Shown here one piece after another: positions 19,148-27,316 of a DNA stretch of 64,000 nt. The position numbers and the translations under genes were made by a program. This DNA is from an uncultured Chloroflexia bacterium (GTDB taxonomy: Bacteria; Chloroflexota; Limnocylindria; Limnocylindrales; CSP1-4). The notes beneath the pieces were generated by a model. That model was not told the DNA's origin, searched no databases, and was given only the letters and a program-made list of their open reading frames with translations. How positions within the stretch are numbered: position 1 is the stretch's first letter; every line of letters starts with the position of its first letter. The DNA is taken from NCBI GenBank assembly GCA_963705425.1, contig CAVPJO010000014.1, forward strand, positions 925-64,924. Reading direction: 5' to 3'.

Positions 19148-19669
19148 CTATCTCGATGACCAGTTGCCTGCAGGCCGGGCATCCGCGGAGATCTCGCCCT
19201 CATCGGACCAGACCTCCCAGGCCTCGGTCAGCTCACGCGAGCAGTCATAGCGCCTGACGGATTCGGCCCGAGTGGCGTCGAGGTGCTCGAGGAAGCGCGT
19301 GACAGCTGTTCGCTGCGAGGGCGTGCAATGCGCCCATCTCTCGTTGCGGCGGCCGTCCCGTCGCAGTTCGAAGAGCACGATGTAGCCGTACCAGTCCCAC
19401 CGTTCGGGCTCGGGTTGGAGGGCGAGGCGAACCAGAGCCGGCAGCCAGTAGGCGAAAGCCTCGGGCGAGCACATCGTGATGGGGTTCCAGGCTTGGCTGC
19501 CGACGTCCTCGATGGCCAGCGTCTCCAGCGTCCGTTGCTGGAGCAGCTGGTCATGCTCCCAGCACTCGTCGCAATGCGTGTGGTGGGTGAAGTGAGCAGG
19601 TCGGGGTATCGAACCGAAGGCTCGCGTCAAGGCGGCGACGATCTGCCGGTCTGTCAGCATGTCGCTCAT
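19148..19669 (-). CDS. Hypothetical protein (HC.EC..HD motif near the N-terminus)
   Basis: ORF 19148..19669 (173 aa) has normal composition and high GC3. Sequence includes FTHHTHCDECWEHD. No confident family assignment. Confidence 0.6.
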   Translation of the reverse strand: MSDMLTDRQIVAALTRAFGSIPRPAHFTHHTHCDECWEHDQLLQQRTLETLAIEDVGSQAWNPITMCSPEAFAYWLPALVRLALQPEPERWDWYGYIVLFELRRDGRRNERWAHCTPSQRTAVTRFLEHLDATRAESVRRYDCSRELTEAWEVWSDEGEISADARPAGNWSSR

Positions 19670-19777
19670 CGTCGGCAGTGTATCGGTGCGTGGTAGCGGT
19701 CAGTCCGAGGACACGCCGATGCCGGGGGCACCGCGTGCGGCGCGGCGACGAGGAAACCGGCGCGTTGCGGCGGCGCT

Positions 19778-20113
19778 GTGGCACCGGGTTTCTCAGCCAT
19801 CCCGCGTCGCCGGGTGACCTTCATAGTGAGGGACGATGTGCCCGAGCGTGCCTCGGTGTGGGTGGTCGAGCCTCCATCGTGGGCACTTCATCGCGGTCAC
19901 GTCGAACGAGTCGATCGACTACTTCGGTCAGATGGTGGACATCGCGCCACGTGTCCAGGCGATGGCCGGCCACGGACAGGTCTGCCTGGCCGAGGGCGTG
20001 TACGGCCCACCGGCGTGCCCGACCTGCTGGACGGCTCTTCGGTCGAGCGCGAGGCCGGAATCATGAAGGGCGTCGCCGAAGAGATCGCGGTCTATCGCGT
20101 GGGACTGAAGTGA
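19778..20113 (+). pseudogene. Truncated, frame-broken remnant of a class III adenylate/guanylate cyclase catalytic domain
   Basis: ORF 19836..20066 reads LHRGH...IDYFGQMVDIAPRVQAMAGHGQVCLAEGVY (the G.H.G.....DYFG..VN.AAR....A..GQ...S pattern). The end GVPDLLDGSSVEREAGIMKGVAEEIAVYRV lies in the frame of ORF 19778..20113. The N-terminal metal-binding part is absent because the neighbouring gene starts at 19669. Confidence 0.5.
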
Positions 20114-20209
20114 CATCGCCACCGAGGACGCCTGCGACGTCGGTGAGCCCGGTCTGGGCTCGGGAGGTCGACAGACGATGCGACGCGCGCTGGCGCTCGT
20201 CCTCGGCAG

Positions 20210-20602
20210 CTAGCCTGCCGCCCGGACCAGGCGTTCGAACAGCCGCTCGAGCTCAGCCCCAGGCTCCTCGCACAGGCCGGAGTGCACCGCCGACACCTGG
20301 ATGACCGTGGACCGTGGTGCGGTCAGCCAGTGGAAGCGCTCCGACTGGCCGAGCTGGCCCACCGGACCGGCCTCGGGGCCACCGCGGGCGATGCGCACGA
20401 ACGAGGCCAGGTGCTCGCGCATGGGCGCGGGATCCTCCCCCGGTGCCAGAGCCGCCAGTCGCTGCTCGTCCAGATCGACGCGGGCCAGCAAGGTGCGGCG
20501 GGTCCTCGCGAAGAGGATGACGCCGACGTTGAGGAACTCCTCGCGATCGACGCGAGGCACGACCCGCACTACCGCGTAGTCATACGAGCTGAGCTCGGGC
20601 AC
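20210..20602 (-). CDS. DUF3037-domain protein
   Basis: The distal part of ORF 20210..20695 reads YDYAVVRVVPRVDREEFLNVGVILFAR...ERFHWLTAPRSTVIQ. GTG 20602 has GGGAGGAGG 6 nt upstream and overlaps the upstream gene's 3' end by 23 nt. Confidence 0.8.
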   Translation of the reverse strand: MPELSSYDYAVVRVVPRVDREEFLNVGVILFARTRRTLLARVDLDEQRLAALAPGEDPAPMREHLASFVRIARGGPEAGPVGQLGQSERFHWLTAPRSTVIQVSAVHSGLCEEPGAELERLFERLVRAAG

Positions 20603-21374
20603 GAGACGCCTCCTCCCTGAACGCGTGCGAGCCGTCGAGGCGGGCCACGAAGTAGTCGACGTAGGCTCGCCGCACGGCCCTCGGCTCCAGTCCACCGTAG
20701 TACTCGGTCAGCCAGCCCTCGGGCACGGACGCGACGATGTCCTCGAAGGCCTCCGCTGACAGGCGTGCTCGCGCGCGAGCGTCGGCCGCCTCGAGGTCCC
20801 CCGCGAACGGCAGCAGGACATGCTCCCGAACGCGCGTGAACGGGTCGCCGGCGCGCACATCGACTGACTCGCTCACGACACGCCAGTCGTGGTGGAAGTA
20901 GAGCGAGGCCCCATGGTCGATGAGCCACAGGCGGCCGTGCCACTCGAGCATGTTCGTGTTGCGCACGGTGCGATCGACGTTGCTGACGAAGGCGTCGAAC
21001 CAGACCACGTCGGCCGCGAAGTCGGGATCGGGGTCGGGTGGCACGAGGGGGTCGTAGGTGATCGAGCCAGGCAGGTAGTCGAGCGCGTAGTTGAGGCCAT
21101 CGCTGGCCTGCAGCAGGTGCCGGATCTCGTAGTCATTCTCGAGGCGCGCGAATGACGGGTCGAGATCGAGCAGCACCGCCTCCGGGACGAGCAGTCCCAT
21201 GGCCCGGCCGATCTCGCCGGCCAGCACCTCGGCCACCAACGCCTTGGGCCCCTGCCCTGCCCCACGGTACTTGACCACGTAGGTGCCCTCGTCGTCGGCC
21301 TCCATGAGGCCCGGCAGCGAGCCACCTTCGCGGAGCGGCGCGACATAGCGGACCGCGCGAACGGTGGGCAGCAT
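20580..21374 (-). CDS. HipA-like kinase-fold protein (C-terminal kinase core only)
   Basis: ORF 20580..21458 from ATG 21374 reads RYVAPLREGGSLPGLMEADDEGTYVVKYRGAGQGPKALVAEVLAGEIG. It has the catalytic-loop-like FDAFVSNVDRTVRNTNML and LWLIDHGASLYFHH. No HipA N-terminal domains are present. Confidence 0.75.
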   Translation of the reverse strand: MLPTVRAVRYVAPLREGGSLPGLMEADDEGTYVVKYRGAGQGPKALVAEVLAGEIGRAMGLLVPEAVLLDLDPSFARLENDYEIRHLLQASDGLNYALDYLPGSITYDPLVPPDPDPDFAADVVWFDAFVSNVDRTVRNTNMLEWHGRLWLIDHGASLYFHHDWRVVSESVDVRAGDPFTRVREHVLLPFAGDLEAADARARARLSAEAFEDIVASVPEGWLTEYYGGLEPRAVRRAYVDYFVARLDGSHAFREEASRARAQLV

Positions 21375-21393
21375 CACGCGGTCGGTTGGACGC

Positions 21394-22326
21394 CTAGGCG
21401 GCGTCGTCGTCAGCCGACTTGGTCTCGCTGCCCTCAGCCAGGCGTACGGCCGCGCCACTCTCCAGGCCGTTGTCGAGGAAGTTGCCCAGGCGCCGTGCCA
21501 GGTCGGTCAGCTCGAGCGGGATGACGTACTTCGTCGAGGCACTGGCCCCGAGTTCCTTGAGCGCTTCGAAGTACTGCAACGTCATGGTGCGGTCGTCGAT
21601 GCTCTTGGCCGCCTGGAAGATGCGCGTGAGCGCCTGGCCGAAGCCCTCGGCTTCGAGGATGGCCGACTGCCGCTTGCCCTCGGCCCGGAGGATGGCCGAC
21701 TGCTTCTCGCCTTCGGCGACGTTGATCTTCGACTGTCGCTCACCCTCGGACTCGGTGATGACGGCCCGCCGATTTCGCTCGGCGGTGAGCACGCGGTTCA
21801 TCGAGTCCTGGACGTCCCGTGGTGGTGTGAGCTCGCGGATCTCCACGGTCGTGACCTTGCCGCCCCAACGTTCGGTCTGCTCGTCGAGCTTGACGCGCAG
21901 GACGTCGTTGACCTGGTCGCGCTTGGAGAGCACATCGTCCAGCATCATGTCGCCGACGACCGCGCGCAACGTGGTCGTGGCGATGCCGATGAGGGCACCA
22001 TTGAAGTTGTCGATGTTCACCAGGCTGGCCATGGCATCGACGATCTTGTAGTAGATGAGGAAGTCGATGTCGATGGGTGCGTTGTCGCGCGTGATGATGG
22101 TCTGGCTGGGCACTTCGACGAAGCGCTCACGCATGTCCACCTTGACGGGTCGGTCGATGAACGGGATCAGGAACCTCAGCCCCGGATCCCTGATGAGGCT
22201 GGCATCGGTGCGACCGAGCCGGAAGATGACCATGCGCTCGTACTGCTTGACGATCCGTACCGCGAGATACAGCACGACGATGACGACGACGAGCGCGAGG
22301 ACGAGTCCTCCAAAGGCGAGTTCCAT
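21394..22326 (-). CDS. SPFH/band-7 (stomatin-like) membrane protein
   Basis: ORF 21394..22326 (310 aa) has an N-terminal TM helix, then IVKQYERMVIFRLGR, TRDNAPIDIDFLIYYKIVD, and the coiled-coil repeat AEGEKQSAILRAEGKRQSAILEAEG. Confidence 0.95.
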   Translation of the reverse strand: MELAFGGLVLALVVVIVVLYLAVRIVKQYERMVIFRLGRTDASLIRDPGLRFLIPFIDRPVKVDMRERFVEVPSQTIITRDNAPIDIDFLIYYKIVDAMASLVNIDNFNGALIGIATTTLRAVVGDMMLDDVLSKRDQVNDVLRVKLDEQTERWGGKVTTVEIRELTPPRDVQDSMNRVLTAERNRRAVITESEGERQSKINVAEGEKQSAILRAEGKRQSAILEAEGFGQALTRIFQAAKSIDDRTMTLQYFEALKELGASASTKYVIPLELTDLARRLGNFLDNGLESGAAVRLAEGSETKSADDDAA

Positions 22327-22329
22327 GGC

Positions 22330-23766
22330 TCAGGCCGTCCTTTCCGCTTGCTGTGCGTCTGTGTTTGGAGGAATGGGCTTGCCCATCGTCGCCCCTCGGG
22401 CAGTCATCTCTTCAGGTGTCATGCGCTTCACGATCACGGTAAGCCCATCATGGCCTACGACGGTGCTGGCCGCTCCGCGTTCCAGTAGATCGCCGTCCGC
22501 GCTGCGAGCGCTCCATTCCTCGCCCCTGGCGTAGACGGTACCCACGGGGTCCAGCATGCGCCGAACCGATGCCTCGGTCCCCAGCGGCACGAGCGGTTCG
22601 TCGATGTGACTCACGCCGAGCTGCAGCTGAGGCTTGCGCCGCGTCCGCCACACCGCGTACAGGATGCCGACCACCACCACGGCCGTCACCAGCGTCATGA
22701 TGGCGATCACCTGCCAGGCGACCGCGACCGCAGGTTCCAGCGGGTCACCCGGCTCGGTGTACAGGGCCGAGGCACCCAGCGCGAAGGCCACCAGGCCACC
22801 GACCGTCAGCAATCCCCCGCTGGTCACGCTCAGCTCGAGCACGAAGAGGATCACCGCCAGGGCGATGAGCAGCAGGCCCGCCACGTTGAGCGGCAGGCTG
22901 CCGAAACCGATGAAGGCTAGGATGAGCGCGAAGGCGCCGAGGATGCCGGTCACGTAGTTGGGGTTCTGCAGCTCGAAGAAGATGCCGTAGAAGCCCAGGG
23001 TGAAGAGGATGAAGGCGATATTGGGGTCAGCGAGCAGGTGCAGGAACGACTGGAACGGGTTCATGCCCAGCTCCTCGACCTGGGCACCGGCGGTCTCGAG
23101 CACGATGCTCTCACCGGCCACATCCAGGGTCATGCCGTCGGCCTGGGTCAACAGATCCTCGATGGATGCGGCCTTGAAGTCGATGGCTCCCGCGGCGAGC
23201 GCCTCATCCACCGTGTAGGACAGCGCGTCTGTGACCGTGCCTACGGCCCAGTCGACCGGGCGACCGCGCTCCTCGGCGATCGAAGTGATGGTGGCGATGG
23301 TGTCGTTCATGATCTTGTCGCCGAGGTCATCGGGGATGTCCTGGCCGTCGCTGGAGATGGGCGTGGCCGCGCCGATGTTGGTGGCCGGTGCCATCGAGGC
23401 GACGTGCGCGGCCAGCGTCAGGAACGTGCCGGCGCTGGCGGCACGCGCGCCCGCGGGGCCGACCCAGACCATGACCGGCACCTCGGCGGCGAGCTCGGAT
23501 TGCACGATCTCACGCGTGGACTCCAGTGAGCCACCGGGCGTATCGAGCTCGATGACGACTGCGACCGCGCCGTCCTGCACGGCCTGCGCGATGCCTTCGC
23601 GCAGGTAGCTCGACATGATCTGGTCGACCACCCCGGTCGTCGGCAGCACGATGACCTTACGCCCCTCGTCCTGGGCGCCGACCGTGCCCGCCAGCAGGCT
23701 GAGCGCGCCCATGATCAACAGGATGGCGCGAAGGAGGGTCGGCGGCGAGAGACGACGATGTGCCAC
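22330..23766 (-). CDS. NfeD-family membrane-bound serine protease (ClpP-class) with a C-terminal NfeD OB domain
   Basis: ORF 22330..23766 (478 aa) has a signal peptide, a protease domain (IELDTPGGSLESTREIV, GPAGARAASAGTF), a multi-TM central region and a C-terminal beta domain (GTVYARGEEWSARS). Its stop is 3 nt from the SPFH start. Confidence 0.9.
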   Translation of the reverse strand: MAHRRLSPPTLLRAILLIMGALSLLAGTVGAQDEGRKVIVLPTTGVVDQIMSSYLREGIAQAVQDGAVAVVIELDTPGGSLESTREIVQSELAAEVPVMVWVGPAGARAASAGTFLTLAAHVASMAPATNIGAATPISSDGQDIPDDLGDKIMNDTIATITSIAEERGRPVDWAVGTVTDALSYTVDEALAAGAIDFKAASIEDLLTQADGMTLDVAGESIVLETAGAQVEELGMNPFQSFLHLLADPNIAFILFTLGFYGIFFELQNPNYVTGILGAFALILAFIGFGSLPLNVAGLLLIALAVILFVLELSVTSGGLLTVGGLVAFALGASALYTEPGDPLEPAVAVAWQVIAIMTLVTAVVVVGILYAVWRTRRKPQLQLGVSHIDEPLVPLGTEASVRRMLDPVGTVYARGEEWSARSADGDLLERGAASTVVGHDGLTVIVKRMTPEEMTARGATMGKPIPPNTDAQQAERTA

Positions 23767-23789
23767 AGGAGCTACCTCTTAGGTGAGGA

Positions 23790-24424
23790 TTATCCCACTA
23801 CACGCGGTGAGCCAGCTCCGGGACGCTCCACGGGCCCGACCTGGCGTCCGGTGGCGTGATCGTAGAGGAAGCGGCTCCACGTCTCCAGCCGCTCATAGAC
23901 GGACAGCACCTCGGCGGGGTCGACGAACCGTCCGTTGAGCTTGTCCGTCTCGCGGATGGCCAGTGAGCGTCCGGCGGCATCGGCCGTGAAGACGACGCCC
24001 AGGTGGACCTGGCCGACCAGCAGGTCGTCGTCCTTGAGCAGGCCGAGGAGCTCGGGCTCGGGCTCCCAGTCGGCCACCATCTCCTCGTGAAACTCTCGGC
24101 GCAGCCCCTCGAGCACCCCGCCATCCTCGGGGTTGAGGTGGCCGCCGATGCCGAGCGAATAGAGGTCGTGCAGGCGCGCGTCGCCCCCGGCCCTGGTGCG
24201 CTGCATCAGGAACAGGCGCTCTCCGTCGCGCATCAACAGGTAGGGGATGATCTGTTGCCACTCCGGATCCTCTCGGCCTCGCCGCGAGACCGGTACTCAC
24301 CCTCGCTGGCGATGAGCTCGAGATGACCGCCGACGCCTTCACTGAGGATGCCCTTCCAAGGGCGCTCCCCGATGATGCGGGCGCGGGGCAGCCCCAGGAC
24401 GAGCTCGCGGTCCTTGTCGTTCAC
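23790..24424 (-). CDS. NUDIX-family hydrolase, one frame break near 24275-24285
   Basis: The N-terminus is in ORF 24233..24424 and the body in ORF 23790..24236, which extends upstream as EDPEWQQIIPYLLMRDG. NUDIX box: GIGGHLNPEDGGVLEGLRREFHEEM. Confidence 0.75.
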
Positions 24425-24475
24425 GACCTCAGGCGGGGCTGTGGGCCAGTCTGGGCCGGCCCACAGCAGGGTGCC

Positions 24476-25836
24476 TCAGACCGACGGGACGGTCTCGAGC
24501 GCGTGCTCGATCCTCTCCTGAGGCAGCTCGAAATCCTCGAGCTCACCCTCGAGGTAGCGCGTGTACGAGGCTGCGTCGAAGTGGCCGTGGCCACACAGGT
24601 TGAAGAGGATGGTCGGGCTGGTGCCCTCTTCCCTGGCCTTCTCCACCTCGTCGATGACGACGGCGATGGCGTGGGTCGGCTCGGGCGCGGGCAGGATGAG
24701 CTCGGCCTGGGTGAAGAGACGGCCGGCGTCGAAGGTCTGCGACTGTTTGACAGCGCGTGCCTCGATGATGCCCTGGTCCTTGAGCAGGCTGACCTGGGGT
24801 GCCATGCCGTGGTAGCGCAGACCACCGGCATGGATGGGATCGGGCACGAAGTCGTGTCCGAGCGTGTGCATCTTGACGATGGGGGCCATCTTGCCGGTGT
24901 CGCCATAGTCATAGGCGTAGATGCCTCGCGTGAGGCTGGGAGCGGCAGCCGGCTCGGCCGCGATGACGCGGTAGTCGGCCTCCCCGCGTAGCTTCTGGCC
25001 GATGAACGGGAAGGTCAGGCCGGCGAAGTTGGAGCCGCCACCGGTGCAGGCCACGATGATGTCCGGCTTCTCACCAGCCATCTCCATCTGCTCCATCGCT
25101 TCCTGGCCGATGACCGTCTGGTGCAGCAGGACGTGGTTGAGCACGGAGCCCAGGGCGTAGCGTGAATCCTCGCGCGTGGCGGCATCCTCGACGGCTTCGC
25201 TGATGGCGATGCCCAGTGAGCCGGGGGTGTCCGGGGTCTCGGCCAGGACCGCACGACCGAAGGCGGTCAGCTCGCTGGGACTGGCCACCACGTCGCCGCC
25301 GTACATCTTCATGAGGTTGCGACGTCCGGGCTTGGCGTCGTAGGAGGCGCGCACCATGTAGACCATCACCTCGAGCCCGAAGATCGAGCCGGCAAGCGCG
25401 AGGGCTGAACCCCACTGCCCGGCCCCGGTCTCCGTGGTCAGGCGAGTGACGCCCTCCTGCTTGTTGTAGTAGGCCTGCGGGATGGCCGTGTTGGGCTTGT
25501 GGCTGCCCGAGGGGCTGTTGCCCTCGTACTTGTAGAAGATCTTGGCGGTGCTCCCCAGCGCCTGCTCGAGCCGGTGTGCGCGGTACAGCGGTGAGGGTCG
25601 GTACATGGCGTAGGCCTGGCGCACCGGTTCAGGATCTCGATCTCGCGCTCCCCACTCATCTCCTGCGCGATGAGCGCCATGGGGAACAGCGGAAGCAGAT
25701 CGTCGGGCCCGATGGGCTGCTTGGTGCCGGGGTGCAAGGGTGGCGACAGGGGTACGGGCAGGTCCGCGTTGATGTTGTACCAGGCGCGCGGGATGCGGTC
25801 CTCGGGCAGGATGAACTTGGTCTGCTGCAGCGCCAT
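24476..25836 (-). CDS. TrpB-like PLP-dependent enzyme (tryptophan synthase beta, TrpB2 type), one frame break near 25632
   Basis: The N-terminus MALQQTKFILPEDRIPRAWYNINADLP is in ORF 25438..26121, with SD GAGGAGAGG. The body is in ORF 24476..26008: YRPSPLYRAHRLE, KYEGNSPSGSHKPNTA, TETGAGQWGSALA, VACTGGGSNFAG. Confidence 0.9.
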
Positions 25837-25901
25837 GGTTCCTCTCCTCGTCGTCATCGGGATGACGGCCTTGTGCTCGGGCGTGGGTGCCTGCGCGGAG
25901 C

Positions 25902-26464
25902 CTACAACGTGCTCTCGTGAAGCGTCTGGTGGCGAGCCCCGCCGGGTTCGAGGTGGCTGCGAACGAGGGCGATACGGTCGATGGTCCAGTCGACACCGAT
26001 GGGGCCATGCGCTCCCGTGCGCAGCGCCTCGATGACTCGTTCGTCGGCCTTGCGCACGACGGTGAGATGGGCCGAGGGCGTGCGTCTTGGGGGCAAGCCC
26101 AGGGTCACCTCGGGTGGGCAACCCGTGGCCATGGCCGTGGCCATGTCGATGAGCCTGCCGGCGCCGTCGCCGAGGCTCAGCCAGGCCACGCCCCGGTCTC
26201 CTCGCAGGCGTCCACCACCGAGCCCGATGGTGGCCTGATACGGGCCGTCATCATCGGCGACACGGTCGATGAGCGCTTCGAGCTCGGCTATTCGCTCCGG
26301 ATCGACCGCGCCCAGGAACAGCAGCGTCAGGTGCCACGACTCGGGCCGGGTCCAGCGTACGTTCTTGTGTCGCACGCGGTACGGAGCAAGCTGTGCCTGG
26401 AGCTGCCCGCGGACGGTGTCGGGCATGGGGTGCGCGATGAACAGCCGCCAGGACCGGGGCCCAC
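25902..26464 (-). CDS. thpR: RNA 2',3'-cyclic phosphodiesterase (ThpR/LigT, 2H family); 5' end uncertain
   Basis: ORF 25902..26426 carries both H-x-T-x motifs (WHLTLLFLG and AHLTVVRK). The same frame continues upstream as RLFIAHPMPDTV without a start codon. The nearest GTG (26464) is one frame off, suggesting another indel. Confidence 0.8.
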
Positions 26465-26473
26465 TGCGCTCGC

Positions 26474-27232
26474 TCAGGCGTGTTCTCCAGCGAGGACTGC
26501 CGGTCGCTCGATGCCGAGCAGGTCGAGCAGCTCCCCGAAGTCGGCGATGGTCGCGACATCGCCCGCATCTGCCTCGTGGCCCAGTGGTGGATGGGCGCGG
26601 CCCCGGCGGTCGATGAGCACCGGCTCGATGCCCACGCGCCGGGCGCCGACGACGTCGGCTTCGGGGTCGTCACCGACGTGGATGGCCTGGTCAGCGGTGA
26701 CGTCGAGCAGGTCCAGGGCGTGCTCGAAGATGGCCGCGTGGGGTTTCTGGTAGCCCACCCGGGCGCTGATGCTCATGATCTCGAAATGGCGCGCCAGCTC
26801 AAGCGTCTGCAGCAGCTCCGGCGCGGCCCAGCCCCAGTTGCTGACTACGCCCATGCGCAAGCCCGCCGCCTGCATGGCGTCGAGCGCGGGGATGACGTCG
26901 GGGAACACATAGAACGCCGAGCGCTGCCGGAAAGCCAGGTCGACATCGCGGAAGAACGCCTCGGGCAGGTCCGGGTAGCCCAGGCGATCGAAGACGAGCT
27001 GGTCGAGCGCCACGAAGCGCTCGAATGAAGCCTTCTCGGTGGCCTCGAAGGGACCCTCATTGGCCCACTCACCCCACGCCGCCCGGAACGCTTTCTCGAA
27101 GTCTTCGACGCTGGCCTCGATGCCGTGCCCGCCGAACACCGTGGCGTAGACGTCACGCCACGAGGGATTGGCCTTGGCCATGGTGTCGCCCACATCGAGC
27201 AGGACGACCGTTGGGCTGGTCCGGAGCATCAC
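26474..27232 (-). CDS. HAD-superfamily hydrolase (subfamily IA-like)
   Basis: ORF 26474..27232 (252 aa): VVLLDVGDTM (motif I), MGVVSNWG (motif II), GYQKP and HVGDDPEADVVGARRVG (motifs III/IV). Confidence 0.85.
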   Translation of the reverse strand: MMLRTSPTVVLLDVGDTMAKANPSWRDVYATVFGGHGIEASVEDFEKAFRAAWGEWANEGPFEATEKASFERFVALDQLVFDRLGYPDLPEAFFRDVDLAFRQRSAFYVFPDVIPALDAMQAAGLRMGVVSNWGWAAPELLQTLELARHFEIMSISARVGYQKPHAAIFEHALDLLDVTADQAIHVGDDPEADVVGARRVGIEPVLIDRRGRAHPPLGHEADAGDVATIADFGELLDLLGIERPAVLAGEHA

Positions 27233-27316
27233 CGCCCCAGTCTAGCCATCCGGGGGCAGACAGAAGCCCCATCCGGCCGGACGGGGCTCCTCGCCGTGGT
27301 GCGTGTCGCGCGGTGG

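Noticed and set aside
20580-21374. Classical hipBA toxin-antitoxin
   Set aside because: No HipB-like HTH gene is adjacent. The protein lacks the HipA N-terminal domains. The partner is DUF3037 and lies downstream, not upstream. It is treated as an uncharacterised kinase-like/DUF pair.
21640-21730. Tandem nucleotide repeat (gaggatggccgactgc...gccctcggc / gaggatggccgactgc...gccttcggc)
   Set aside because: It lies inside the SPFH gene and encodes the usual AEG(E/K)(K/R)QSAIL coiled-coil repeats of stomatin-like proteins. It is not a CRISPR array or a regulatory repeat.
21364-22488. 374-aa plus-strand ORF
   Set aside because: It is antisense to the SPFH gene and the 3' end of the NfeD gene, so it is a shadow ORF.
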